Assembly: GCA_043228905.1 (NCBI GenBank)
Contig: JBHGNT010000022.1
Coordinates: 4,960,001-5,024,000, forward strand
Length of the DNA stretch: 64,000 nucleotides
Direction: 5' to 3'
Origin: Azolla caroliniana
Lineage: Eukaryota; Plantae; Polypodiophyta
Numbering within the stretch: position 1 is the stretch's first letter; every line of letters starts with the position of its first letter. Made by a program: the position numbers and the translations under genes. This document shows positions 1 to 13,700 of the stretch, piece by piece. Under the pieces are notes generated by a model. That model was not told the DNA's origin, did not search any database, and saw only the letters and a program-made list of their open reading frames with translations.

Positions 1-763
1 GTATGGCTTTGGGTTGAATATATTGATCAACTACTTCTCCATTCATACATCAATCATACCCACCTAGTACAAATCTTCTCCAATTTCCGTTACAATCCCA
101 TATGGTTCTGCCCAGAAGATTCTAAGCTTTCTTTAGAACTCCATAATTACCCATCTATTTGTAAATCTTGCTTCATTGTGCTTTCTGTGTCTATCAACAA
201 ATGCGTTCCTAGGATTTTAGCAAAATCTCCAAATTGACCAAACTTCTAAGTCACTCATTGCCCAGTTGCAAAAAAATTATTTTACTTTCTCAAACACTAT
301 ATGAAGAAGTAGTCTATCTATGTATTTTCTTCCAACCCATTAGCCAATAACAAATACTTTACATCAATACTAGCTTTATTTTTTGTGCACCCAAACCACA
401 AAATTGAAATTGTGGATCCAGCCTATCTGATTCTCTTCTTAGATTCTATTTATTTGATATACATTATCTAATTGTCTAGGTTAGTAGTATAAACCAAAAT
501 TTCATGAGAATGGCAAAACGTTCCCTCTAGTAAAGTGGAAAATTTAGGCATCTCATTCTCAAAAAATGTCATGATCATCCTAGTTTCATGCACACCAACA
601 CACAAACGATCCATGTGCTAGTTTTGGGAGCACTATAATTGGCTTCAATGACATAGGATATCCTAGATTTTGTACTAAATGTTATATCAATAAAGCACAA
701 TGGTTAAATAAGTAATCTCCTAAAACCTTTGGAAATATACAAAGTTGATTGTAGGAAAGCATT

Positions 764-767
<4 letters not shown>

Positions 768-817
<50 letters not shown>
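768..817. repeat. Compound (CT)n(AT)n microsatellite
   Basis: Directly visible. Confidence 0.95.
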
Positions 818-2939
818 GGCCTCTTTATGGACGATAAAAATTCTAATTCTAATTCTATATATGAAAACTTTTATGTTATGAAGAGGAATGTCAAGGCTTC
901 AAGTTGGTTGGAACGTCCTAATTCGTTGTATGTATGTGCACTAAGATAGGAGCTCATAAATGATAGAATTCGGGAGGATTAAGTATGATGAGTTTGAATC
1001 TAAGGTCTAGATTATGGGGATAGTCTTGCTCCAAATTGTACAAAATATGCTTCATGAGATTATCACACTAAGCTTCCGTTGACTACATTAGACACCATAC
1101 AAAAGCCATAAGCCACAACAAGAATAGTCCTTTCTTCTCTGAGTTAGGAAAATCGCAATGACTTATCTTCGTTCCTTACAATTCACACACGAACACACAA
1201 TCAATAACACATTATACAAACAAATATAATCACTTACTACTCGATGGAAAATTAATAATTTAAAACAATGACTAGCTTAGGGTGACCAATAAAACCATAG
1301 TGCTTATGTGTTTATAGCCCCTTGAAGTCATGGACAAAGCTAGTGCAGCATTTGTTGGTTGAGATATATATTTTAGATGTTTGCATAATAAAGTGCATAC
1401 AATTTCTCGTTAATAAGTTTGCATTTACAAATTGCAAACCAAAGACTAAAACAAATAGTATTGCCTTGGAAGAAGGTTGCAAATGTATTAATTTCTCCCT
1501 TCATTTTGGCCTCATAATTTCAATTCTTACAACCAATGATGAAACTTACAATAGCACAACCGCATTCAACCAGCATGGAGATTGATAACTTCTCCTTAAA
1601 TTTTGGCTTTACAGTTTCATTGTGACAACCAAGGATTTTAAACAATGGCACTGCCTTCTTCATTGTTTGTCCTTAAAGTTCGGCTTTACAAACTCAATTT
1701 TCACAACCCAGGGATAACTCTAAGAGAATGAGCATAGACAATTGCTCCTTTCTTTGAAAAAAGGATTGACAATAATAGCATGAATAAATTGTTTCTCGTT
1801 TTGTGGTTCTACGAATTGAACTTTTCATATTGTCAACCAAAGTATGAAAACCCAAAAGTTTCCCGTGGTAGACAATGCTAACAAAAAGGGAATTGGCCCT
1901 TGGACAAACTAATGAATTCCTAATTACAAAAGATGATTGTAGTCATTGGATATTGATTAGGAGACCAAAGGGCTAGGATTTACATTAACGTTGCATTGTT
2001 AATCAATGCTCATAAACTAGAAAAGTGGATTGGACTTTCTAGTGTGCATGCAAAATTATGGGTGGGGATGATTGGGAGACATTGAATATTGGAGTGGCAT
2101 CAAAGTTCATAGTATTTGGAAATGAGTGGTTTGAAATGTCCTTTTATTTTCCAATGTCATTCACACACATCCATAACAAATGGCAAACCATTTCTCTCTC
2201 CCTTTTAGACTTTCGCTTTCCCAAGTCTCTCTACCTAAGTGAACAACTAGAACAATGGAGGCGACACATCTTCCATGTGGAAGCATTGAACTCCAAGGTT
2301 AACTCCCTATGCATGAAATGGTGTAAACGTTGGTTTTGTTCCCTATAGTTAATGTTGGTGTTTGCTTTAGAATATGCCTAATTTGAGTTTTGAAGATGAG
2401 GTTTAATGGTTCACAATGAATGCGCAATAGTAACGACTATAATACAATGGAATTCCGAGTTTTTATAGCATTGTCGTAGACGTGGCCAAATTTTGAACAA
2501 GAGCCCAGTCAACAGTGTCCTGAATTTCGACAAGAACCTACTCAACCACAACAATTAATTCGCCCACAACTTTTTGAAGAGTGTGTGTAGGGGGGGAGGG
2601 GGAGGGGTAGAGGATTTTAATTTAAGAGAAGAAAAAAAAAAGAATGTCAGGAGAGTGAGGAACAATTCCACAGGAGTGTGCATTTGGGCACTGCGAAGAC
2701 TTGTACAAGCATGTTCCGCCTCTCTTTCTTTTCATCTTATCTCGACTCAAGTGATGTGACGTGACTAGGACAAAGCACACTTTGTGCGCTCTGTGTTTTG
2801 TTTTGTCTTTAAATTACTTCATCGCCGAATGTTCTGTCTCTTTCTTTTCTATGGGAGGGGGGTGTGTTCACCTTCAGGGAGAGATACGTACGCATGTACA
2901 TACCGGATTCACTAAGTACAATAGATTATAAAGGATGCA

Positions 2940-3245
2940 CACATCCATACACACACGCACACACGCACGCACACACACACATCTACACATACATACATAC
3001 ATACATACATGCATGCATACATGCATGCATACATACATGCATACATACATTCCTACCTACCTACCTACCTACATACATACATACACACATATTGATACAA
3101 TGCATACCTATACATACACGTATGCAAGACAACAAATACACATACAAGAGAACATATGTATATTATATATATATACTCACACACACATACATTTACCCAA
3201 GGATGCATGCATATAGACATACGTACATACGTACATACGTACAAG
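2940..3245. repeat. Imperfect (AC)n/(ACAT)n/(CCTA)n microsatellite cluster
   Basis: Directly visible. It produces the spurious HT/IH/TY-rich ORFs. Confidence 0.9.
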
Positions 3246-3452
3246 AGTCTCGTGGAGAGGAAGCTCGATATCGACGACGAGGACGTGGGTGGACATGGAG
3301 AAGTGTGAAAAGGGACAAGTTTCTTAGCATACAAAACAAATTAGGAGGTAGTACTAAGTAGTAGATCTGCAATTTTCTACATGATGAAGAAAGAGGTTGA
3401 CAAAGAAACAAACCTTCCAAGATGTGTATGTATGTATGTGCCTACTATATCT

Positions 3453-3596
<144 letters not shown>

Positions 3597-3769
3597 ATGT
3601 ATGTATAGAGTCTAGACACACAGAGAGAGACAGAGACAGAGACAGACACAGACACAGACACAGAGAATTGAAATATACTTAATTATTCTTGTCCATCCAT
3701 TTTATTTTAAATTTAATTTTTTGGGGCTTCTTGGGGCGTCTCTGGATAGAGAGAAAGAGAACAAATTTA

Positions 3770-3855
3770 ACGCGTGAAAGGATTGGGATCTCATCTCATC
3801 ATAAGATTTTATATATGTATATGTATATTTCTCGGCTGCCGCTGATCTGCACGTG
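3770..3855. promoter_or_regulatory. CGCG box (ACGCGT 3770-3775) and G-box (CACGTG 3850-3855) upstream of PCK
   Basis: Exact motif matches 250-340 bp upstream of the candidate TATA box. Short motifs like these can occur by chance. Confidence 0.3.
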
Positions 3856-4105
3856 CTCTGCTTGACTTACCCATAAAAAAGCATTTAATTTTATTAATCA
3901 AAACATTTCTCCCTTTTTTCTTTCATCGATTGATTTGCATTTTTTTCTCATCCTTCTCTTGATTTGTCTTAATTTTCCACACACAACTCATTCGTGGGAG
4001 TTCCCATTAGTTTCTTGTAATTGTTTGTTTTTCTGCAATTCTTCTCTCTTTTAATTTCTATTTTTAAATTTTTAAATTGCACTATTAAAAACAATTTATC
4101 CCCCC

Positions 4106-4112
4106 TATATAA
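4106..4112 (+). promoter_or_regulatory. Candidate TATA box of PCK gene, with probable 5'UTR intron 4246-4992
   Basis: cTATATAAg is followed by a pyrimidine-rich leader and a strong donor AAG|GTAATA at 4246. A branch-like tttaCTAAg and CAG acceptor lie at 4990-4992. Inference only, no transcript data. Confidence 0.45.
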
Positions 4113-5154
4113 GAAGACGAGGAAGAAGAATGTCATCCCATCCCATTGCATTGTATTCCATTCCTTCATTTTTATTTTTTTCCATTTTCTCCTTTCATTT
4201 CCAAGATCATGTTGCAGATCGATTGATTCCTCAAAATCATACAAGGTAATACAATTGGTTGTGAGGATCATCTTCCAAGTCCATCATGTGAATAAATGCT
4301 GTCTCTCTGTTTTTCATGTATCAATGATGCATCAGCATTCATGAATTTATGCATATCTATGTGTGTGTGAGAGAGAGACCTTAGCTTAATGTCCACTAGA
4401 TTTGGCTGAGATGGGTGAACTTGACCAATCACATGACCTAAACAAATATGGGTCAATTCACCAAGGCCAAGCAAGCTGTGCAATACTGTAACAAAAATAA
4501 AAGCTCTTTTAAGGGTTTCCTAAAGATCTATTTTAGTGATCTTAATGCATTCCATTGAATGGTTCATGTGCTGGAAGATTATGATCATAGAAGCCATCGA
4601 TTATAACTATGACAACTGATTGGCCTTCTTGCCTCATGTGAATTTCTTTTAACTACATTTTCAATTGGGTTTATTTCATGAAATGAATCATGTGAAATGC
4701 ATAATTTGCTTTACAAGACACAATATGGTATTTTCTGGGCAAATCCACAACTGAGGGGGGACATGCACTATGTAATCTTGTCTGCTGGGATGGGAAGAGA
4801 GGAAGCTCTTCCCATATTATTTTAGAAATAATGCCTCATTTCGGTTCGATTCCACTGATACATAAAGGGTTAATTCTATATATATATATATATATTTATA
4901 GAATGTAATGATGGTAGTAGCAGAGTGACATTAACCTTGTGGTTTTGTTTTGTCACAATAAATATGATTGCATTTGTTTACTAAGGCAACAGAGATACCA
5001 GCCATTGTGTTTGCATAAAATTGCGCCATTCCGGATTATATTGTGAATTGTCTTTTTTTGTTGTTGTGACACATGAATGAAGGCAATCAAGTGAACCGAG
5101 AAGAATTTCTGTGTACTTTTTCTTTGGATCAATACATCTTCGGCACAAAAATAC

Positions 5155-7138
5155 ATGAGTTATAATACTGCTAGTAACAATGGAACTGCAACATTGCCCA
5201 GTGCTAATGATCATCTGGGGATACCCAAGATCAAGACTCAGGTAATACAGAGGAGGGATGGGGAGGTATCAACTGCGGTGTGTGTCGATGACAGTGGGCC
5301 GACCGTGAAGGCCACAACCCTGGATGAGTTGCATTCTCTCCAGAAGAAGAAATCAGCACCCAGCACTCCCAAATCAGGCCAAAATCTCATCTCTGATGAA
5401 GAGAGGCAGCAACAACAACTCCAATCCATCAGGTAGATAATACATACATTATCATATCCTTTTTTTGTTTTCATAAAATTCCCTACTAGTTTGAAATTAA
5501 TCACGACGCAGCTTAGATACTGCGCATTTCTTCTTTTTACTAGTTTTGATGAAAATACAATAGGTTTCTTAGATATGTCTAATTCTGATTTTTCTCTTGC
5601 TCCATTCATCTCGCTAATTTATAAAAATAAAATGGAATCTTGTGCATGTGATTCTAATATCTTTCATTCTTCGCCACAAATTTTGATGATACGACATGGT
5701 GTTTCTCCCCTTCTTTTCATGCTTCATCACTGGTTTAATGAGATGTTCCAGAGAATTTCACAAAACTAGCATCTAGAAACGTCAGATCTTTCCATGCCTC
5801 CTTAGGCATAGAGACGGGTCATATGTAGAAGTTTCACCTGATGTGTTCTAGAACATTCTAGAGATTTCCAGGATCTCTAGTTCTAGAAAGATCTAAAAGG
5901 TTTAACACGGGCGAAGAAAGTCCTAAGATTCACCGGACATCGCTCCTTAAAAAATACTCATAATGTTCTAAGAAAGTGTGGCTAACTTTTCTGAGCCATT
6001 TGTTTCAATATGTGGTGGATTTTTGTCTAGATCTTAGATGATGGCCAAAACTAGAAATTCTGCTTAATGTATCTATCTTGGATTTGTCTAGCTCTTACAT
6101 GATTTTTGAGGGTATTGATTTGAGTTTTTGATTTTGGTTTTTTCATTGTTGTTGTATCTTCTCTCTAGTGCTTCTCTTGCATCTTTGACAAGAGAAACTG
6201 GCCCTAAGGTTGTGAAAGGAGATCCATCGAAGAAGTCCGAGCAGAAGATCTCAACACCAACTGTAGGACCTAAATTCACTGCAGAGAATGTTAGTGACAG
6301 CTCACTTAAGTTCACTCATGTCCTCTACAACCTCTCTCCTGGAGGTAAAACAAACTAGATTTCCTTTATTTTATTCATAACTTTGTACCCTTATTCTTAA
6401 CAACCTCTTTCTTGGAGCTAAAATGTTTCCATTTTGCTCGTAAATTTGTACCCATATATGTTGTATATTCATTAGTTGTTTATTGATCATTTGTAATTAT
6501 ATGCTTCACATATTAATTATATATATTTCTAATATCTTTGTAGCCATATTTTTTGCATATTGGTTAGGTTTCTATGGATTATATTGTAGCTATATCTTTA
6601 GCAGTTTAATTGATTTTATGCCACATTTGTTCATATATTGACCATTTAATAGCTATTAGTTGTTAAGTAAATGATCATTTTAATCTTACCTTCATATTCA
6701 TGTTTCTTCTCTTTTCCCAAAGAGCTCTATGAGCAGGCTATAAAGTATGAGAAAGGATCCTTCATTACCTCTACTGGTGCACTAGCAACTCTTTCTGGGG
6801 CCAAAACAGGCCGATCTCCACGAGACAAACGTGTAGTCAAAGAGGACTCTTCCAAAGATGATCTATGGTGGGGCAAGTAAGTATTTTCTATCTTTGTTTA
6901 CTACGTTTTCTTCATAGAAGGTAATGTGAATATGCAGGTATAATAATAGAAAGGTAATGAAACAATTATTGCACTTCTTGAATTTGTTGATAAGATCTAA
7001 ATTAGAGAGATTAACTTTAAGGCGATTACTGTTTGAACATCCTATCCAAATATGAATGAAAGACATTTTTATGGTGATTAGATGACTTTTTATGTGAGAA
7101 TTTGTTTGTCGTTTATATTCATCAAGGTATTCATTCAG

Positions 7139-7181
<43 letters not shown>

Positions 7182-10100
7182 CATCTTTGCATTCATGCAC
7201 CGAAAATGTTCCATGAACATATTGAGATCTATCATGCATGAACACATGTAGTAAATCCATGTATGCAATCTATCAAAAAAGTCATTTCTTACAAATCAGT
7301 GCATTCCGTTCTTGGTCTGATGGCTAACACCACATATATACATATCTTTGTAGAGGCTCGCCAAATATCGAAATGGATGAACAAACATTTTTAGTAAATC
7401 GAGAGAGAGCGGTTGATTATCTGAATTCCTTGGACAAGGTTAGTCATATATACATGTATGATTCTGGTATACATCCTACGTACACATCTCTCAGAAAGGC
7501 CAGTTTTTCCTGAGTACTGGAATAATCAGAGTGATTATATCTTGAAGCATTTTGGCACTTCTTACAGGTTTTTGTGAATGATCAGTTCCTGAATTGGGAT
7601 CCAGAGCATCGTATTAAAGTTCGGATCATCTCAGCTCGAGCATATCATTCCTTGTTTATGTACAACATGTAAGTTCTCTCCTCCCCTGCCATTCATAATC
7701 AAGGCTATGGTTTAGTTATTTGGAGACTTGATTATCCATGGAATATGTGGTGGAAGATTATACATATATCATCATTTTTTAGGCTAGTTTTTTGTTAAGT
7801 CAACGTGTTTATGTTCTCTTTATATCTTTATGTCAATGGAATATCTGGTGGAACATTATACATATGTGTGTGGAAGCAAAATTATGCCTGGTGAAAGATT
7901 CTGTCATGTGAATTAATTGCTGCATATCCACTTCACTTAGGATTTGATTCTGAAGCCCAAGAATTCTTTGAGAAGTGAGAACATATTTGGGGAAGATTGT
8001 GTAGATTCATACATGGTGAGATTATAGTGTTCCAACAAATTAAATCTTCTCATATTTATATATATAATGAAAATTTTATATCCAATTAATTGATTCTCCA
8101 AAGACCATGGGTTTCTTGTAACACACCTAGAAGATTGAAGGGTGATGACAGGTTAATATATTTATGCATATCTATATATAAATATATATGTGATGACAGG
8201 TGCATTCGGCCGACCCCAGAAGAGATGGAAGACTTTGGGGCCCCAGATTTCACGATTTACAACGCTGGAAGCTTTCCATGTAATCGATACACACATTATA
8301 TGACATCTTCGACAAGTATAGACCTTAACCTTCGGAGAAGAGAGATGATTATTCTTGGGACACAGTATGCTGGTGAGATGAAGAAGGGCCTCTTCAGTGT
8401 CATGCACTATCTCATGCCCAAGAAGGGTGTTCTCTCCCTTCATTCAGGATGCAATATGGGAAAAGATGGGGATGTGGCATTGTTTTTTGGATTATCAGGT
8501 TCTTTCTCTTTTCTTATTTTAAGGCCAAATCCTCTTCTTCTTATTTTAAGCACAAATAATATTGTTTTTCTTATGTATACAGGTACAGGGAAGACGACGC
8601 TCTCGACCGATCCAAATAGATACCTAATCGGTGATGATGAACATTGCTGGAGTGACAATGGAGTCTCCAACATCGAGGGAGGTTGCTATGCGAAATGTGT
8701 AGATCTGTCTCGTGACAAGGAACCAGATATCTGGAATGCAATCAAATTTGGCACCGGTTAGTAATCAATTTGTTTTTACATAGAATAGAGTTGACTTGAT
8801 GTTAAGTAACTGACATTTATGGGTTAATATACACCATAAATTAGGATTGAATCAATGAGAAGCTTAGTTGATACAGTATATGTGATCATATAAACTAGAA
8901 ATTAGACATTATGGACTCATACCAAAGTAAAGAAGACGGAAAGTTGGATGATAAACATTATGAACTGACAATACCTATATCTCTGACAGTGCTCGAAAAT
9001 GTGGTCTTTGATGAGCATACAAGGGAAGTTGACTATTATGAAAAATTAGTAACAGGTGTGCTTTTTTGCTCAATTTTGGCTGGATTTTTTATTTTTTTTT
9101 CTTTTTACATGCATAAAATGGATTCCTGAACATTTGTTCTCTTTTTGGTGTTTCAAAACTTGAAATGGCTCAGAAAATACGAGGGCGGCGTATCCTATCG
9201 AATACATCCCGAATGTGAAGATACCATGTGTTGGCCCTCACCCCAAGAATGTGATATTACTTGCATGTGATGCTTTTGGGGTCCTGCCTCCTGTTAGCAA
9301 GCTGACCTTGGCTCAAACAATGTATCACTTTATAAGTGGATATACAGCTCTGGTATATGTTTACACAAACTTCCCAATCTTAGATGCAATGCCACATCAT
9401 TTTTCCTTCAGTTTTTTCATAGAACGCCATTGGACTTTGGGCGAGACATGCATACTACATATTTGTTGTATCTTTGTTAACATGAAGTTCATTCATACCT
9501 CTTCTGCCCTTCCCTTGAAACATTAAACAAACTTGTGGTCGACGTTAGGTTGCTGGAACTGAGGATGGAATCAAAGAGCCACAAGCAACATTCTCAGCAT
9601 GCTTCGGGGCAGCATTCATAATGCTCCACCCGACAAAATATGCAGCGATGCTCGCTGACAAGATGCAACAGCATGGCACTACTGCATGGCTCGTAAATAC
9701 CGGATGGTCCGGGGGCAGGTACAATTTTACCTTACCGTGTTTTTTCCCATTCTCTTATTACATGAAGTGGACTTTGAGACAACTCTTTCTTGGCACGGAT
9801 GTTTGTAAACATTGTTTTGGTCTCTCTCATTGACTTGACTTCCCTCAAAATGGAGATAGCAACTTTGTTTGGCATCGTGTTTGTCTTCTTTACAGAGATG
9901 ACTTGGTTTTACATTGGTTTATTTTTTTTACATGACTTTCTTTGCTTTTCATCGACTTCTTTGCATAGGTGATTTGGTTTTGACATTGATTGATTTCTTA
10001 CATGACATTTTACATGAATTGTTCTCTTTGATGCCATTCGTTTTCTTATATGGCTAAAACACTGACCTACTCTTTTTTCTCAATCTAGTTATGGAGTTGG

Positions 10101-10714
10101 GAAAAGGATGAAGCTTGAATATACCCGAAAGATCATAGATGCTATCCACGATGGGTCACTTTTGAATGCGAATTTCAGCGAAACTCCTGTGTTTGGTCTT
10201 CAGATTCCAGATAAAGTGAATGGGGTTCCATCAAACATACTACATCCCGAAAACATGGTATATATATCATGTGAAGTTCTCTTTTAAATCTAGTTATGAA
10301 TGTAGATGCTATTACATCATTGTTTTTCTTTGTAAGCATTCGTGTGTGTGTGTATGTGATTAGAACCAAACCTCTTGTTCAGTTATGGAGTGCTTAGATT
10401 CATATGATTTCTATGTAGACATATAGATAGACGATAAGTCATTACATTATATATATTTCGATCATTATAAATTTCGTCCAATGTGATTTTTGTATGACTT
10501 TGTAGCATGAATTTGATTTGCTTTGTTTTGATGTTTGCTTCTTCTTCATCATATGATATTGCAGTGGTCAGATGAAGTAGCATACAGGGAAACATTGGAG
10601 AAGCTCGGAGGTCTCTTCATCAAGAATTTCGAGAAGTTTTTAGATCGCAAAATCGGAGAAGACAACAAACTTTCAAATGAGATACTAGGAGCAGGACCTA
10701 GGTTGAGAAAATAA
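5155..10714 (+). CDS. PCK1: Phosphoenolpyruvate carboxykinase (ATP), plant type; 12 coding exons, 666 aa
   Basis: Exons with GT-AG borders: 5155-5432, 6169-6344, 6723-6876, 7354-7438, 7568-7668, 8200-8498, 8583-8756, 8990-9055, 9174-9352, 9549-9718, 10089-10257, 10565-10714. They total 2001 nt in one open frame ending TAA. Motifs: [20 protein letters not shown]-loop [49 protein letters not shown]. The plant N-terminal extension has KKKSAPSTP. Confidence 0.96.
7143..7180. repeat. (AT)n microsatellite in PCK intron 3
   Basis: Directly visible. Confidence 0.95.
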
Positions 10715-13700
10715 TTCTTTTTTTTTTAAGTTAAAAGAACATGTGACCATGATTATGTTCAACCCAAACCAACACTTCCATCGTCAATTCTTTTGCCATG
10801 CCACTTCCTATTTGTAGCTTTCTTTTATTTTTGACAATTTGTGACCCTCTCAACTATTCATATCCCTTTCCACTTTCCTTCTCTAACACATCAATCCTAT
10901 AGTAACTAAATAAGCAAATGCAAATCATGGTAGAATTGTCATCATCAACAAATACAACTGTTTCTAATGAATTATGTTTTCAAAACACCTGTTTCTAATG
11001 AATCACCAAAAATTTCGGTTTCCCACTTGTTCAGTCACAATTTTATTAACATAGTTCTTTAAATCTTCTTCATGGAAACTGGGGATGTTTCCTCATTAAG
11101 AACTCATGTTCTCATCAATAAGGGGCGTATCAATAAATGCAAGTGTCTCTAATTGCTTCTATTTGCATTATTTTGATGAACAAATGACAATTAATCTCAT
11201 TGCTAATGAATTGCAATTAAGGTATCTCATAACTCACCATAATGGCGTTAATTGCAAAACTCTATTGAGGTGTCAAACATCATCATTGCTTAAAGCTTTT
11301 CCAGAATTCATCACTCTCATTAGACTAGATCCACCTTGTCAACCTCTATATTTTTCAACTTGTCTATGTGAATACCAAATAGGGTGCTCCCTCGCTTCAC
11401 TCTCAAATGTTGGTGCTATAGGGACTATGAGACATTGGATCTCCCTATAATAGTCTAAAATAAAGCATATATTAGTCTACAGTGTGCCCAACCATGTTGG
11501 AGCTATAGTGACCAGAAAACATTGGGTTGGGTCTCCCACTTGTGTATAGATAGATATGTTGGTATGATCATACCCACTTGCCCAAGTCACACATTTCCCC
11601 ATTCAACATCTAAGCAAGCAACATGCTGAAGTTTCTCTTGAAGAGGAAGTAAAAAAGTGGCCTATGATACCAAGTATAGTTGTTAGGTAATATGTTGTCA
11701 ATAGAATCTAGTAATCTCAAATTGTCTAATCAATCATTTGATGTCATCAAACCACAATGTCCATGTAGGCTCAATTAAGCTATAGGAAACTATCCATCAT
11801 CGACACCATATGACCGATTTGATTCAGTCAAATGGTTGTCCTTGTAGGCTCAACTTGTTATTGCGTGAGGCCTTAGAAAGATTCATTTGTATGCAATCAA
11901 ATGATTTCATTAGGTGAGTAATATATGAGAAATGTGGTATCACTTAAATATTAAATGAACCATGTCAAATGTGAGTACCAAACTTCAAAGATCCTATTAA
12001 TTTACAATAGATGCATTACTCTTCTATTTGATATAACTCCTAAAATAGAAGACATGTCAAATAGGGTCTTGACCTATTTAGAATGTGACTTCATCATGGA
12101 TCAACATAGACAAATTCTTTTGGCAGAAAGTCAACTATTCAATTGTGAATAACACAAGCTTGTTTGTTTCCAAATTGTTTTTGTCCAACATTGTGTTGAA
12201 ATGTCTATCATTTGATCACATGGTCAAGCGTTCAAAACTATAGGTTTGATCATTATTACTACAATAAATTACCTCCAAACAAGAGAGAAGTTTTGTTGTC
12301 TTATGAGATCTTGTTATTGTCTTTGTTATCTAAGAATGGTCATGATACAAAGCAAACCTACTGTTATTATATACCCATGTGGTTGAGTTCAAACAGGTTT
12401 TAAGTTTTATAGTGTCAAAGTGTTTTTAGAATTCAAGTTATTGAACACTACAAGAATATAAGATATGGAGCATTACCATTTGGAGGGCAAAAACACGAAC
12501 CAAGATATTAAGGAGAAGTCAAACTAAAAGCAGGAGACATGAAGAAAAGTAAAAGGAGAAAAAGCGGGTCACTTCAGAATAGTTTGAAAAGAACGGTCAT
12601 AACTCTTTCGTTTGAAACCCAAATATCATGTTTAAATATGGGTTGGAAAGTTCGTGAAAAGAGCTATCTTTAAAATTTCACATCTCTAAATTTGGAGCTC
12701 TAATGAGGGACATATGATGATTCAAAGGTCGTTGTGTCATAGCTAAAAATAGGAGATGAAAAACTTCTAAAAAAAAGTGTGAAAAAGAGAGGAAGGAGGA
12801 AGAATAAGAAGATTATAAGAAGTGAGATGAGGCTTGATAGAATACGAGACGAGAGAAAGTAGAAAGAGGTGAGAAGAAGAATAAAAAGAAAAAATTGAAA
12901 GAGGAAGATAAGAGGTCTAAGAGAAGTGAGAAGAGTATTAGTAATGGGGAGAAGGAAGAATAGTCAAAGGAGGAAAAAGATGAAGGTAGAAAGAAATTTG
13001 TGAGTTTGGGTGATTGGAAATCAAGAAGTTCTTTGGTTTTATGGTTGCATTTGGAGTTTATCTAGCTTGTATTGTCTCAATAGTAGAATATTATAGCATT
13101 CTTGTCTCTTTCTCGTCTTCTCTATCTTTTCTTTATATCTCTTCATCATTTTGGCACTCTAGGGAGGGTTGATCCTTTTCGTATAGGAGGGAGTGTTAGG
13201 AATATGTCCCTCCTAAGGGAGAAGCCGACTATTCGGACCGAGAGCCGACAATCGAAGACAAGGAGTAGCCAACTGGTCGGGCCGAGAGCCAACAGTCGAA
13301 GACAAGGAATAGCCGACTGGTCGGGCCAAGAGCCGACAATCGATGACAAGGAAGAGTCAACAATATACATGTGATCCAAGTCGAAGACACGATCGACTAG
13401 TCTTGCCAACCAGATGGTCGACGCCAATGCCGACTAGTCAGGCCAACTGGACGGTCGACATAAGAGTTGGCTAGTCGAATCGACTAGTCGACTAGTCATT
13501 TGATTAACTGCTACTGCAAAAATAGGAACGATAGTAGTAGAGGCTACATTTATAAATAGCTCATTTTGTGTATAAGTATAAATACACTTCGGGCAAACAT
13601 ATGGGTTGTAGAATAGAATAATGTGAACAAGGCAAGTTCTTGTAGTTGAGGAAACACAGAGAGAGAGAGAGAGAGAGAGCGTGAGCAGCGCCATAGCTGA

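Noticed and set aside
11000-12300. Possible ancient gypsy pol remnant on the minus strand (WTLWFD-like at ~11740-11765)
   Set aside because: One short motif amid many stops; cannot be supported without tBLASTN or an HMM search.
13183-13193. Purine tract before the copia A LTR suggesting it is a 3' LTR
   Set aside because: The LTR is directly followed by a PBS and gag, so it is a 5' LTR. The tract belongs to the outer element's leader.
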